NCBI GenBank assembly: GCA_051599415.1
Contig: AP039703.1
Location: 310,001 to 374,000, forward strand
Direction: 5' to 3'
DNA: 64,000 nucleotides
Source of the DNA: Savitreella phatthalungensis
Lineage: Eukaryota
The stretch's first letter is position 1; each line of letters starts with the position of its first letter. The notes beneath the pieces are model-generated. The model had not been told where the DNA came from, made no database searches, and worked only from the letters and a program-made list of their open reading frames with translations. This document shows positions 1-10,722 of the stretch, piece by piece. Made by a program: the position numbers and the translations under genes.

Positions 1-1151
1 CACAACTCGCAGAGACGCGCAAGAGGAAGATCGATGCAGTGCTCGGCCTCTTGGACGGTCACACCGAATCGTCTTCGCCCAAGAGCGTGGTTGCGATAGC
101 AGGATCGCCATTGAGCCTGGGACTGCCTACAACGCCGCGGCCAGAAGGTCGACAGACCACGCGCTATAATCCCTGGGATGCAGACGCCTGCAGCAAACGG
201 CTGGCCAGCTTCCGACCCTGGGCACATCACGACCAGAGATCTCCGATCAACGCTTACTTGCTCGCTCGCCACGGCTGGCGCCTTGTCCCTGATGACATCC
301 GGCGTGTCTCTGCAGCTCGCCTGTCTGTCACCGCTCCAGGTACTCCGCAACAACGACCTCAGACACCAACGCTGACCAGTCCTGCCACTCCAAACAATCC
401 ACCTGGCACGCCAACGGCATTCAGTGCGGAATCACCTGGCAGCCGGGTGAAGGCGCGGTACTGCACGATCGAGTGTGTTGGATGTGGCGCGCGGGTGGTG
501 TGTGACACGAATAGCCAGGTAGCCGGGGTGTCGAGGAAGCTGGCAGCCAAGTACGGCGAGCGGCTGATGGGAGATGACCCCGCCCACGGCCATCGGAAAG
601 ACTGCCTGTGGAGGACGAAGCCGTGCGTCGGCAACATCTTGCACGTGCGTGGCGTCGATCAGAAACAGTCTGCGATCGCAGCCTTCACATCCCGGCAACA
701 GGCATTGGAGCAGTGTCAGACACTGCCCACACTCTCGCCTCTCATCGATACTGATGAAGACGAAGCACTTACACAGGCCGAGAAGCTGGCAATGGTCGGT
801 TGGACTATCTCTCGCCAGTCCGGCGTCGGTATGCTGTCTTGTGGGACATGTCATCGTCGAACTGTTGTCGAGCGACCTGGAGGCATCGCCGGGCTCGCGG
901 CGCAGGACAAGGCTTTCGATGTGCTCAAAGAACACCACGACTATTGTTCGTGGGTTAGCTCGCAATCTCAAGGAGGCAAGTCGCCGGCTTGGCGGCTTGT
1001 ATATGATTTCTATCTGGCCGACCAGGCAGCGCGCAGCTCGGACACTGCCATCTCATTCGAGCGGCAAGCTTTCAACATTGCCAAGTCACTTGGATTCCGC
1101 GATACCCAGAAACCGAGGCCCAGAAGAATGATCCGCAAGCGGATCGTCTAG
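1..1151 (+). CDS. C3HC zinc-finger / Rsm1 (NIPA-like) mRNA export protein, 5' end outside window
   Basis: Frame is open from the window start (QLAETRKRKIDAVL). Motifs YNPWD...RLASF, LARHGW, CVGC...H..DCLW, and a second C-x2-C...HHDYCSW module match the zf-C3HC + Rsm1 architecture. Confidence 0.75.
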   Translation, partial: QLAETRKRKIDAVLGLLDGHTESSSPKSVVAIAGSPLSLGLPTTPRPEGRQTTRYNPWDADACSKRLASFRPWAHHDQRSPINAYLLARHGWRLVPDDIRRVSAARLSVTAPGTPQQRPQTPTLTSPATPNNPPGTPTAFSAESPGSRVKARYCTIECVGCGARVVCDTNSQVAGVSRKLAAKYGERLMGDDPAHGHRKDCLWRTKPCVGNILHVRGVDQKQSAIAAFTSRQQALEQCQTLPTLSPLIDTDEDEALTQAEKLAMVGWTISRQSGVGMLSCGTCHRRTVVERPGGIAGLAAQDKAFDVLKEHHDYCSWVSSQSQGGKSPAWRLVYDFYLADQAARSSDTAISFERQAFNIAKSLGFRDTQKPRPRRMIRKRIV

Positions 1152-3586
1152 GTCTGCAGGGCTCTCTGGACGCGATCGCGTGGCATGCGGTCAAAGCGAT
1201 CGACCTGCATAACGAAAGCGCCTCGACCTTTCGTCAGAGATCGCAGAGCACGAGAGTAACCAATCATCTCCTGTAATGGTACTCGTGCATGAATTGTCGT
1301 CGTCTGCTGAGCAGCGTCAGCGTTATGACCATTGGTGCCGTCACTCGTCAAGGACGATGTCGCCGCTTGATCGGGGTCTCTAGGGATGTAAACTGTAGCG
1401 AGATCGATGACGTCTTCAGATGAGCCTGTGTCGGGATCAGCGTCGTCAGCCAGCGACAAGATCTGCCCGCCGCGCTGACCAGTCAAGTCATTCATGACCA
1501 GTCCGAGATCGCGCTGACCACGAGCAGTGACATGGACGTTCATGATGGGCTCGAGCAGGACAACTTGCTGCTGTGACGCCATTTCCCCGACAATCTTACT
1601 CGTGAGTGCGCGGGCACCCGACGCAAGCAATCCGAGCGTTGTGCCGAGCTGATAAGTATCGGACAACACGCTCACCGACACAGCTGTGTTGTGCATCGGA
1701 TAGCCATAAGCTGGACCACGAGATAGAGCTGCGGCGACTGCAGATCGGATCGCCATTTCAGCCTCGGCCGCAGTGAAGTCCACGTTGTCTTCGATCTCCG
1801 GCAGATGCACCTTGATATGGTTACCGTCGACCTGCTCTGCCTCGGGCAAGGTCGTCATTGCGTCGATGTCAAGCTCTGACACCGATACATGGAGTTCGAC
1901 CGACTGTGATGCGCCTACGGCCGGCGATCTCTCGTGCAGCTCCTGCAGCGTGTGAGAGCCGGCCACAGTCTCTCGGTAACCAATACGCAGCTTGCCGACC
2001 TCTGCACGAGCCTTAAAATCGTTGAGCAGGCGATTACTAGCAATCTCGAGATGAAGCTCGCCCATGCCGGATAGCAATGTCTGTCCCGTGTCGTCATCAT
2101 AGCTCGTCTGCAAGCTGGGGTCTTCCTGCAACAGGCTGTCTAGTGCGGTCTGTAGTGACTTGAGCTCCGATGCAGAGTGGGCCTCCAGTGTGGCAATGAA
2201 GACCGGAGGAGGAACCGTGATAGGTTGTAGGGCGAATGTGTTCTTCCCTGGTGCCGTCTTGGACTCTTTTGCACCCGGCCGACTTAGGATGAGCGTATCG
2301 CCGGTTCTTGTCTCATTCAGGCCGAGCAAGACACCAATCTGTCCTATGCCAAGCGACTCAACCTCCCGAACGTCATCTGCGTATACCTCGAGAACGCGCA
2401 TCGCACGCTCCTTGCCGCGGGTCGTCGCATTCGTCAGAGTAGCGCCGCGCGTAATTGTGCCAGCGTAAACACGAATGAATGTCATGGGTCCTCGCTGCGC
2501 GTCGATGATGACTTTGAATGCGAGTGCACAAGCAGGGTCCTCCTCAACGGATAGAGCGCGGGCCTTGCCGTTGAAGAGCACAATGGCTGCAGGGACGTCG
2601 TCCGGTGATGGTAGGTAGTCGACAACGGCATCTAGCAGTGGCTGTACCCCGATATTGCGGAAGGCTGCTCCCGTGAGAACCGGAACAAGCTGATTGGCGA
2701 TGCACTGGCGTCTGATGGCCGCACGCAGAATTGACTCCGGAATAGCTGCCGCTGAGTCGTGGTCGAGGAACGCCTCGACGACCTCTTCGTCGACTGCGCT
2801 CAGCGCCTCGACCAGTGCCTCTCGTGCTCGGATCGCTTCGCTGAGCAAGCCAGGGTCTCCGCTGTAATCCTTCACTGCCTCAATCTTGACATCCTTACCA
2901 TCGCCATCCGCTTGCCAGGTCATGGCTCTCATGGTGACAAGATCCACAACGCCTGTGAAGGTGGCGTCGGCTTCTGTGGGGCTCTTATAGATGGGAATCT
3001 GGGTCACCAGTGGACGAGCTCGTAGTTTAGTCGCAATTTCTCTAACAGCGCGACCAAAGGCTGCACCCGTGCGATCCATCTTGTTGACAAAGGCAATACG
3101 AGGAATGCCTCTTGCAGCAGCCTGCCTCCAAACCTTTTCGGTCTGTGCCTCGACCCCAGCAACCGCATCCAGGATCGTGACGGCCCCATCGAGTACGCGC
3201 AAGGATCTTTCGACCTCGAACGTAAAATCAGCATGACCAGGAGTATCGATGAGATTAAGACGGTGGTCTCGCCATCGTAAAGTGATGGCTGCAGATTGGA
3301 TGGTTATCCCACGCTCTCTTTCCGCGGGCAGATAATCCATGACCGTGTTTCCATCATCCACATCACCTATGCGAGGAGTGTAGCCACTGTAGAAGAGCAT
3401 CCGCTCTGTTGTGGTAGTCTTCCCAGCGTCTATATGAGCGATGATGCCCAGGTTCCTGGTTGTAGCCAGGGAAATATCAGCATTGCCACTCGCGGCAGCT
3501 GCTGCTCTTGAGGCATAATGCCGACTCTTGGAAGTACAAGAGGAGGTACAAAAGCGATAGACACGAAGTCTTTGAGTGAGCATCAT
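1148..3586 (-). CDS. MEF2: Mitochondrial ribosome-releasing factor 2 (EF-G2mt)
   Basis: Basic N-terminal presequence; GIIAHIDAGKTT, ERERGITIQSAA, DTPGHADF, NKMD, EDPSL, SGMGELHL, LLEPIM, YSRALRSLTKGRG. The GIIAHIDAGK/ITIQSAA variant fits EF-G2 rather than EF-G1. Confidence 0.9.
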   Translation of the reverse strand: MMLTQRLRVYRFCTSSCTSKSRHYASRAAAAASGNADISLATTRNLGIIAHIDAGKTTTTERMLFYSGYTPRIGDVDDGNTVMDYLPAERERGITIQSAAITLRWRDHRLNLIDTPGHADFTFEVERSLRVLDGAVTILDAVAGVEAQTEKVWRQAAARGIPRIAFVNKMDRTGAAFGRAVREIATKLRARPLVTQIPIYKSPTEADATFTGVVDLVTMRAMTWQADGDGKDVKIEAVKDYSGDPGLLSEAIRAREALVEALSAVDEEVVEAFLDHDSAAAIPESILRAAIRRQCIANQLVPVLTGAAFRNIGVQPLLDAVVDYLPSPDDVPAAIVLFNGKARALSVEEDPACALAFKVIIDAQRGPMTFIRVYAGTITRGATLTNATTRGKERAMRVLEVYADDVREVESLGIGQIGVLLGLNETRTGDTLILSRPGAKESKTAPGKNTFALQPITVPPPVFIATLEAHSASELKSLQTALDSLLQEDPSLQTSYDDDTGQTLLSGMGELHLEIASNRLLNDFKARAEVGKLRIGYRETVAGSHTLQELHERSPAVGASQSVELHVSVSELDIDAMTTLPEAEQVDGNHIKVHLPEIEDNVDFTAAEAEMAIRSAVAAALSRGPAYGYPMHNTAVSVSVLSDTYQLGTTLGLLASGARALTSKIVGEMASQQQVVLLEPIMNVHVTARGQRDLGLVMNDLTGQRGGQILSLADDADPDTGSSEDVIDLATVYIPRDPDQAATSSLTSDGTNGHNADAAQQTTTIHARVPLQEMIGYSRALRSLTKGRGAFVMQVDRFDRMPRDRVQRALQT

Positions 3587-4108
3587 CTACAAGTCATCCT
3601 TCAGCAAGTTATCACCAGGGACTCATGAGATGGAGTCTATAGCATGAAGGGAGTCTTATGGTGTCGAAGGGCTTATACTGCTGTCTTCTTATGAGTATCT
3701 GTGTGGTTTTGTGCATCCATGGGTGTTTGTGTGAGTGTGTGAGTGAAGTGACTGATTTCTATGCAGTGATCACTTATTCGATCGATGAATGAGTGTGATT
3801 GATTGCATTGATCGCGTACACACATTGCACATGACGCTTGAAGGGTGAGTGAGTGGTTGATTGAGTCGAAGGAACGCATCTATCCAAGTAAGTACCATCA
3901 TCAGCACAAGCAACGCTCTCCTCTTCAGCCTTCTGGGATAGTCCTCACTCGCTAGCACCTACTATTTCAGAAAAAGAAGCGTGAGTGCTGCTATTGAGGC
4001 GATCGCCATCGATACATCTGCCCGGCTACTCCACAAGGATCGCTCAGATCAAGGTAGCGAGCTGGAAGGTTGTTGTCACTCCGGAAGAGATCTACATTTA
4101 CTGGCACC

Positions 4109-5488
4109 ATGGCCGAACGGCCTCCGTACTTTCTGCGCATCACAGTCACGGCTATTGAGAGAGCGCCAAAACGTGATCCTGTCATTCGATTCGATGCTCA
4201 CACCAACCTGCCAAATTTCCGTACTACACAGTTCAGAGACGTTCGAAGGACTCATCACGAGCTCGAGAAACTGTGCGACCACCTGATACACGAGAACGCG
4301 GAGTGCATCGTACCTGCGCTATATCCAAATGTGACTAGCTACGGCGCTGGCACTGAAGAGGACGAACGGACACTGAAATACAACATGCAGCATTGGCTTG
4401 ACTTGGTTTGCAGTAACCCGATCCTCATTCGCGATCCTGAGTTGGTACATTTCGTCGAAAGCGACGTTGGCTGGAGTCCTATGCACTCGAGAGGGAAGCC
4501 TTTCTCAGGTCCAAAGAGACGGGCAATCAAGCAGTTCGCACCTCCTCCGGACGACACAGCGGAGCTTGTAGATGCTCGACCAATTGCTAAGGGCGTCTAT
4601 CTATTGGCGAGCGACGTACACAGCAAGCTGAATCGCGAGTCAAAAGCACGACGATCCCTTGCCCTGTCAGAGACCGATCTTGGCTACCGTCTGAGCACAC
4701 TTCCAGGATTCGAGTCGCAGCCTGGCATGGCAAACGCCTTGGCCAAGCTTGGACGCGTCATGCAGTCCGTAAGCGATGCTCGGACCGCACAAGCCACTGT
4801 TGAAGTTGCGACTCTGGGAGATGCGGTGCAGCACGTTGCAGATGATGCGTATGTCGTCAAAGAAACATTGACGACAAGGCAGATTGTGACAAGAGACTAC
4901 AACCAGGCGCAGAATGCAACGCGCTCAAAGACAGCTTCAACAGGACGCATGAAGTCGACAAGCTCCATCAGCAGTTCAAAGGTGGATGAGGCATTGTTGT
5001 CGTTAGAGGAGGCGAAAGCCCTGGAACAGGCACTTGCGGCCAAATTGGCAAGAGTCACATCCAACCTCCTCCTTGAGAATCGACTCTGGAAACAGCGCAC
5101 GTCTATCGAGCTCAAAGCTGCACTCAAGACGTATGCTCGCAAGCAGATTGACTCAGAGCGAAGAGTCCTAGCCGTTCTTGAAAGCGTACGCCCGGATATT
5201 CGCAACATTGACGCCTCTGGAGGTCTGTCGCGCTTAGGAAGAGAACGTGTGGATCGCCAGGGTTCCTACCTTGGACCGTCGCAAACACAGGACGGTGATT
5301 CTTGGTCAGGCATCAAGCGATCAAACTCTACAAGATCAGCAGCAGCGGCATCAGTCCTGGTCCATCAGCCGCCGCCAATCGCGGTCGACAGTCCAGGCGG
5401 GCTCGGTAATCTTCAGGCCGGTGTGCGGGGTCAGGAAACAGACAAGGTTGATGCGAGGAACGCAGCTTCGATACTAGCAGCTTCGTAG
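4109..5488 (+). CDS. VPS17: Retromer sorting nexin (PX-BAR) Vps17
   Basis: RDPVIRFDAHTNLPNFRTTQFRDVRRTH, KQFAPPPDDT..L..ARP, LESVRPDIRNIDASGGLSRLGRE and the terminal VDARNAAS.LA are Vps17 hallmarks. First ATG at 4109; in-frame TAG at 4055. Confidence 0.9.
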   Translation: MAERPPYFLRITVTAIERAPKRDPVIRFDAHTNLPNFRTTQFRDVRRTHHELEKLCDHLIHENAECIVPALYPNVTSYGAGTEEDERTLKYNMQHWLDLVCSNPILIRDPELVHFVESDVGWSPMHSRGKPFSGPKRRAIKQFAPPPDDTAELVDARPIAKGVYLLASDVHSKLNRESKARRSLALSETDLGYRLSTLPGFESQPGMANALAKLGRVMQSVSDARTAQATVEVATLGDAVQHVADDAYVVKETLTTRQIVTRDYNQAQNATRSKTASTGRMKSTSSISSSKVDEALLSLEEAKALEQALAAKLARVTSNLLLENRLWKQRTSIELKAALKTYARKQIDSERRVLAVLESVRPDIRNIDASGGLSRLGRERVDRQGSYLGPSQTQDGDSWSGIKRSNSTRSAAAASVLVHQPPPIAVDSPGGLGNLQAGVRGQETDKVDARNAASILAAS

Positions 5489-5792
5489 ACATGCTAAGAA
5501 CAGCATTGACCAGCAGCCTCTCGTTCGAATTCCCTTGCGATGATGTATTGAATCCTTACTGTGGTCGATTGGGACGAGCGTGCTAGCCCGCATGGCGCAC
5601 TTCGGTGTAGATGATCTTATCTTATCTCGATCAAATTCATTATGCGGCGTTTCCGAATCAACATGCAATTCAGCAGCACGCGTAGAGCACAACGTCTCCA
5701 CCGCAACACCACTTCCCCATTCGGAAGCCTGTCTCGTAGTACAAGACGCCGTCGCAAGCCTCTGTCTCGAGCGCTACAGACAGCTCGAGCGC

Positions 5793-7213
5793 ATGCTTAT
5801 TTCCAGAATGCGCCTGTTGCTGATCTGTTCACCGGCCACCTTTGCCTGGAGCTTTCTCGCGCATGAACTGATCGCGCAAGTCGCAGAGCCCCTGCTGACC
5901 GAGCGCGCCGCAGCAGAAGTCAAGGATATCCTCGGCGGCACGCAGCGCCTTCAAGATATTGCTGCATGGGCAGATATGTAAGAGCACTCCTGCTTCTTCA
6001 CTCGGAATACTCACTGACACAATTGCAACAGTGTGAAAGGCCAGCCGCAGTATCGCTATACGAGCGCCCTCCACTACATCAACTTCAAAGGCGACGAGCC
6101 GCCGGAACATTGTGCTTTTGACTATTCGCCACCGAATCTGGCTGCATGGCCGGAGTGGGTGCACGAGAAGGAGCACGTCAACGTACTTGATGCCGTCGCG
6201 AACTTCACGCTGCAGCTTGTTCACGCGGATCGTGGGAGCTGGCGTCGATCGGAAGCGCTACGCTTACTCGTCCACTTTGTCGAGGATCTCCACCAACCAC
6301 TACATCGTAAGTTGCGTGCAGGATGCGCTTGTGTGGGAAACACTGACAAGAAACTACAGTCTCCGGCAAATTGCGAGGCGGCAATGACAAGCCTGTGGTC
6401 TACAATGGCTACCGCTCGAACCTGCACCGCGTCTGGGATGGACTTGTGGTGACGCGTCGTATGCGCGAGATTCACGATGGCCGCATCGCACACGCTGAGA
6501 ATGTGGAAGGGTCGACTGAACTCGGTGCAGAGCCACTTCACCACGACTTCCTACGGAAACGATCCACAGCGGCTCCTGGCGATGAGACTGACCCTATTCG
6601 CGAAGCATATGTCGCTCACCTTCGCGGTCTGCTCAACATGACGACCACTGAGGGATCTGCGGCCCAGAAGGTGTACAACGAGTGGCTGTCCTGTCCGACG
6701 ACGTCGCAACAGACAAGAGAAGCCACCACCTGGCTAGACTCTTTCATGTCGTGGATGACTGGAATCAGGGCTACACAGGTGTCGACCGAGTGGTCGTCAT
6801 CGGACTTGTCGTCTCGGTACGGATGCCCGGAGCACTGGGCTCGGGGAGTTGCTCACTTGAATTGTGATACTGTATGGGCGTTTGACGACCGCCAGACTGA
6901 TGGCCAGCCTGGATCTGCCGTTGACGCACTCGGTAACGGAAACCGACGCCGAGGACCAGGTCGAGGCCGGAAGCCACCACGTCCGAGACCGCCACCGTAC
7001 ACTGATCTACCACGACTGGGAAATGCTTATGCCGGCCGGATCGCAGCTGGCGACCTTGGGGAAGGTGTTTTCTTCGGTCTCGAGAGGGCCAATGGCGCTG
7101 GAGACGGTGTCGTTGGGCCGCAAAGACTACATCTCATCGACAGCCTCGTTCTACGGGCTGCTGTCAGATTGGCCGCAGTCCTGAACGCTGTTCTCGATGG
7201 CGATGATCAATAG
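5793..7213 (+). CDS. Secreted S1/P1 nuclease; 3 exons (5793-5977, 6032-6306, 6360-7213)
   Basis: Signal peptide then mature W-S-F-L-A-H; WAD, LHY, HFVEDLHQPLH, GGN, NLHRVWD, RLAAVLN. Removing introns 5978-6031 (GTAAGA..CTGAC..CAG) and 6307-6359 (GTAAGT..CTGAC..CAG) restores the frame (WADIVKGQ; QPLHLSGKLRGGN). Start may be 5808. Confidence 0.9.
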
Positions 7214-7557
7214 GGCGGAGACGCATAGGCAAGCAATTGGACACGGCAAACTTCGCGAGATAACATTGGCTCAGGTAGAGGTAAGTGGGATCATAGTGCA
7301 TAATTTTCGTCAGCGCCTAGTCTATCCTTGCCGCAATCAGTCATCATGAGAGAGTTGGTGAGAAGAGGAGGAGATGAGTCAAATGAAGGACTGGTCGGAT
7401 GTTTACTGCCGGCCGTCGTTCACAGGTATTTTTGTCAAAAGTCGCCGCCGCTATACAAGTAGGGGTAAGGAGGGAAGATGAACGCCAGAGCTTGTAATCG
7501 TGGATAGTCAAAAAATGGAGGAGGTATTTACTGATGATGGTGACGGTTGCCGATTAC

Positions 7558-9216
7558 TCAGGACCATGAACCGTGGGCAGCGTCGCCACATCCGACGATC
7601 GCGGGGTTTGGTGAGGAGATTGCCGATGAAGCCAGAACTGCCGGGGATAAACCTGCTGCTAGCGGTCTGTGAATGTGTGAAGACATAGAAGCTCGGTGGA
7701 GTTCGAGGTCCATTTGACCAAAGTCGTTGCTCATGCCAAGTACTGCGTTGTTCGTCATCGGAAGAGCCTCATTGGAGAATCCGGAGCGTGATGTCAGCGG
7801 CGATTTGGCCACAGCACTAGGTCTACGACTTCCAGCTGGACTGTCGCCCCCAAGGGCTCGTGTAGCTGATGTGTCCCCGATGACAGCTTCAGGCACTGTT
7901 GGGCCGATGTCCGGCTTGCCAGACCCGCTGATGCCGGCGCCAAGCGAGATACTCGATGATCTCGGTTGCGCTCCAACCTTTCGTAAGTGACTCTGCAGGG
8001 CAGCGGGCGTCAGGCCAGGCTGTGGAACGACGGCGAGATCCGCTGTCACTGCCAATGGACTCGAAGCCCCGCTGCGTACTTGATCAATGGTCGGGGCCTG
8101 CTTGGGTGAGACGGCGCCTGAGGAGTGATTGAGCAGAGGTCCAAGCGATTCGCGAGATCTGCTTCGCAAATGCTGCGGCTGCTGGCTGTTCAGCTCTGCA
8201 AGTTCCCGTTGCTCCACGCCGACGAGATCGGCGAAGGAGATGAAGGAAATGCGCTTCTCCATCCCGAAGTTGTCCGGCAATTCTGCGCCTCGCTCTCCCG
8301 CAACGGTAATATTTTCCTCGACGTTGGGAATCGATGGCTCCTGCATCGAAAGAGCGGCCAAGGATGCTGTGGGCCTATGCATAGACGCATTTGCCGCGAT
8401 AGCATTGCTCAACGCGGCATGTGTACTTGGAGAATTGCTTGGCGAGACTCCGCTCGGGGAGAGAGAGCGGGGAAGTCCCGGACTCTCCACGACTTGCGCA
8501 AGATTTTCCTGAGAGGTGGCTGCAGAAACAATACTGTGCGTAGGCGGGAGGGCTGCTGTGGCCGCCGCGATCAATGTTGCCTGTGTCGGTTGTGCGGTGA
8601 CAATCTCGATCTTATCCAGGTCCTCGTTCTGAACGATGGCCTGGACACTTGCATCAAGCGCTGCAGGAATTTGATTATCGACAACAAGCTGTGCATGGGC
8701 GGCATCGATAACTGGAACCAGCTCGCTGGCTTGTGATGCATCCGCGACTGCACTGCCAGAAGCATCAATTGGGGCTGCGCCAGTCGTCAACACGGCGACA
8801 TTGTCGACGGAACGCTCGAAGATGGAGCTCTGGGAGGAAATACTGAGCCTGGGGGAAGTGCCAACTTTACCGGGTATAGGCGAACGCGAGATTCTGGCGG
8901 GGCTTTTGGAAGAGCGTGGACCTGCTGGAGTGGTGCCACTGCTCATATTACGATAATTCGAGGAAGATCCTGCGGAGGAGGGCGTCATGCCTTTGCTGAG
9001 TGTCGTGGCGCTACTACCTGGTGGGTGGGTGTCGTTGAGACCGGTGGTGACAAGGTTGTGCATCTCTGCGCTGGGGTTCCGCTTGTGAGCATGGCTGCCA
9101 TTAGCAAGGGGTTCCAGTGGAGCGTTCGGAGGTGATGGTGGTGAAGTAGACGTTCTGTCGGCTGTCATCCTTCGTGTCTCGTCAGAACTTGACCTGAGAG
9201 CTTCGATGTATGACAT
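7558..9216 (-). CDS. Hypothetical Ser/Pro-rich disordered protein with two short ordered-looking motifs
   Basis: 552-aa ATG-initiated ORF; NQIPAALDASVQAI and KRISFISFADLV sit in low-complexity sequence. Confidence 0.75.
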   Translation of the reverse strand: MSYIEALRSSSDETRRMTADRTSTSPPSPPNAPLEPLANGSHAHKRNPSAEMHNLVTTGLNDTHPPGSSATTLSKGMTPSSAGSSSNYRNMSSGTTPAGPRSSKSPARISRSPIPGKVGTSPRLSISSQSSIFERSVDNVAVLTTGAAPIDASGSAVADASQASELVPVIDAAHAQLVVDNQIPAALDASVQAIVQNEDLDKIEIVTAQPTQATLIAAATAALPPTHSIVSAATSQENLAQVVESPGLPRSLSPSGVSPSNSPSTHAALSNAIAANASMHRPTASLAALSMQEPSIPNVEENITVAGERGAELPDNFGMEKRISFISFADLVGVEQRELAELNSQQPQHLRSRSRESLGPLLNHSSGAVSPKQAPTIDQVRSGASSPLAVTADLAVVPQPGLTPAALQSHLRKVGAQPRSSSISLGAGISGSGKPDIGPTVPEAVIGDTSATRALGGDSPAGSRRPSAVAKSPLTSRSGFSNEALPMTNNAVLGMSNDFGQMDLELHRASMSSHIHRPLAAGLSPAVLASSAISSPNPAIVGCGDAAHGSWS

Positions 9217-10674
9217 CTGGTCTTACTGGGAGACTGTCGATCTGTGATATCTGAATCGAATGAGCGATGAAATGTGTAAAGCTCTGGAGCGCCAGGGTTT
9301 TATGAGTGACCACAGAAATCGGGAATGAAGCGAAAGAGACGACCTCGTGTACGTCACTGTGGGTCAAGTGATACTCAACAGATTCTCGCGATGTGGTAAT
9401 CGGGGCAAACAGCACAGCCCCGTGTCCTTGCTCGATGATAACAGCTGCAAATCTCCACGCAGACGTGAGCGAGCACAACGTGCTGGCCTTGTGGAGAGGA
9501 AGCCGATGGACGACGAATCCCAGATAATGGGAAGATGATTATATGGCCGATGCGAGACGAAATCTTCAAGATCAGTCACTCAGCACCAGACCTTTCTCAA
9601 GCAATATACCCCTGAAAGGTTGAGGAGATGACTAGCAAGATGGAGAAGAAGTTGTTGGTCTCGGAGGTTTTTCTTTGTGTGACGCAGTGTCCAATGGAAG
9701 CTAGGCCAGGGTCAATTTTTTTCTCTTTCCCAAAACTGGTGACTCCTGTCGTTTATGCTTTGATTGATCCTTGCTTCTTTTTTAAGAAACTCGGACGAGA
9801 GCGCCAAGCGTTTTAAAATTGCAATCAATGAAAACGCGTACTTGATCAATTGTCCAGCACAACGGATGTTAGGTTCGTCTGATGTACGTACACGTCCTGC
9901 GCGCCCGTGACGAGAATTAATCTGTGTGGATCGATCTGTCGGGAGTCCTTGTCGACTAAAGGCGAGTCAGAGGTCGATGTTCCCCCTGGTTTCTTGAGTA
10001 TGAGGAGTAATGACGCTCAAGCTGCGGTTGACCAGCAGGGTAGTGACTGTCGAGTATTGACTCTGGAGAATTGAATCGCGTGATGAAAGAACGTTGCGTG
10101 GTTCTGAGTTGTGGTAAAAGGATTAGGAAGAGCCGAATGAGTTTGTGGTTCTCTCGCGTTTCGTGTGCGAGCCAAAGGGGTTCAGCGAGCGAATGAAACG
10201 AGCAGAAGGCTGAGAATGACTGTGATGATGTCTGTCTGAAACTGGCTGATCACAAGCGGGTCAGACTGCAGACTTGATTATCGATGATGATCAGAGACTG
10301 AAACGAGAGGATGATCGAGCCTCGCTTCTGGCGGAGGAACGTGAAATGTGTGGTATGAGCAGGCGAGATGAGCCTTGTAGCAGATCGTCCAAATTTCAGC
10401 CTGTATTCTCACCTGACCTGTGGGCCTGTCTGTCGCAAGGAAGAACAATTTGACAATGGTCTTTTGCTGCTTGTATGAGAAAGGTCGTGAAAAAGTCTGC
10501 TTCAGGTGCCAGGGTCTGAATGATTGTGCACGAAACGATCGATCGAAAGAAGAGGGATGGCTGTTGATTAATTGAGGCGTAACTTCTGATTGAGATACAA
10601 TGTTGTTGACAACGAGGACAAAGGACTATGCCGATTCAGGGACGTGGTATTGGTGATAGAATGATATTGGTGAC

Positions 10675-10722
10675 GATGATGCATGATGCATGCATGATGT
10701 TGATGATGATGATGATGATGTC
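10675..10722. repeat. (GAT)n-rich microsatellite
   Basis: gatgatgcatgatgcatgcatgatgttgatgatgatgatgatgatg visible directly. Confidence 0.8.

Noticed and set aside
10222..10301. Possible C/D box snoRNA (GTGATGA...CTGA)
   Set aside because: The boxes occur in GAT-rich low-complexity sequence, and I could not identify a terminal stem or rRNA guide.
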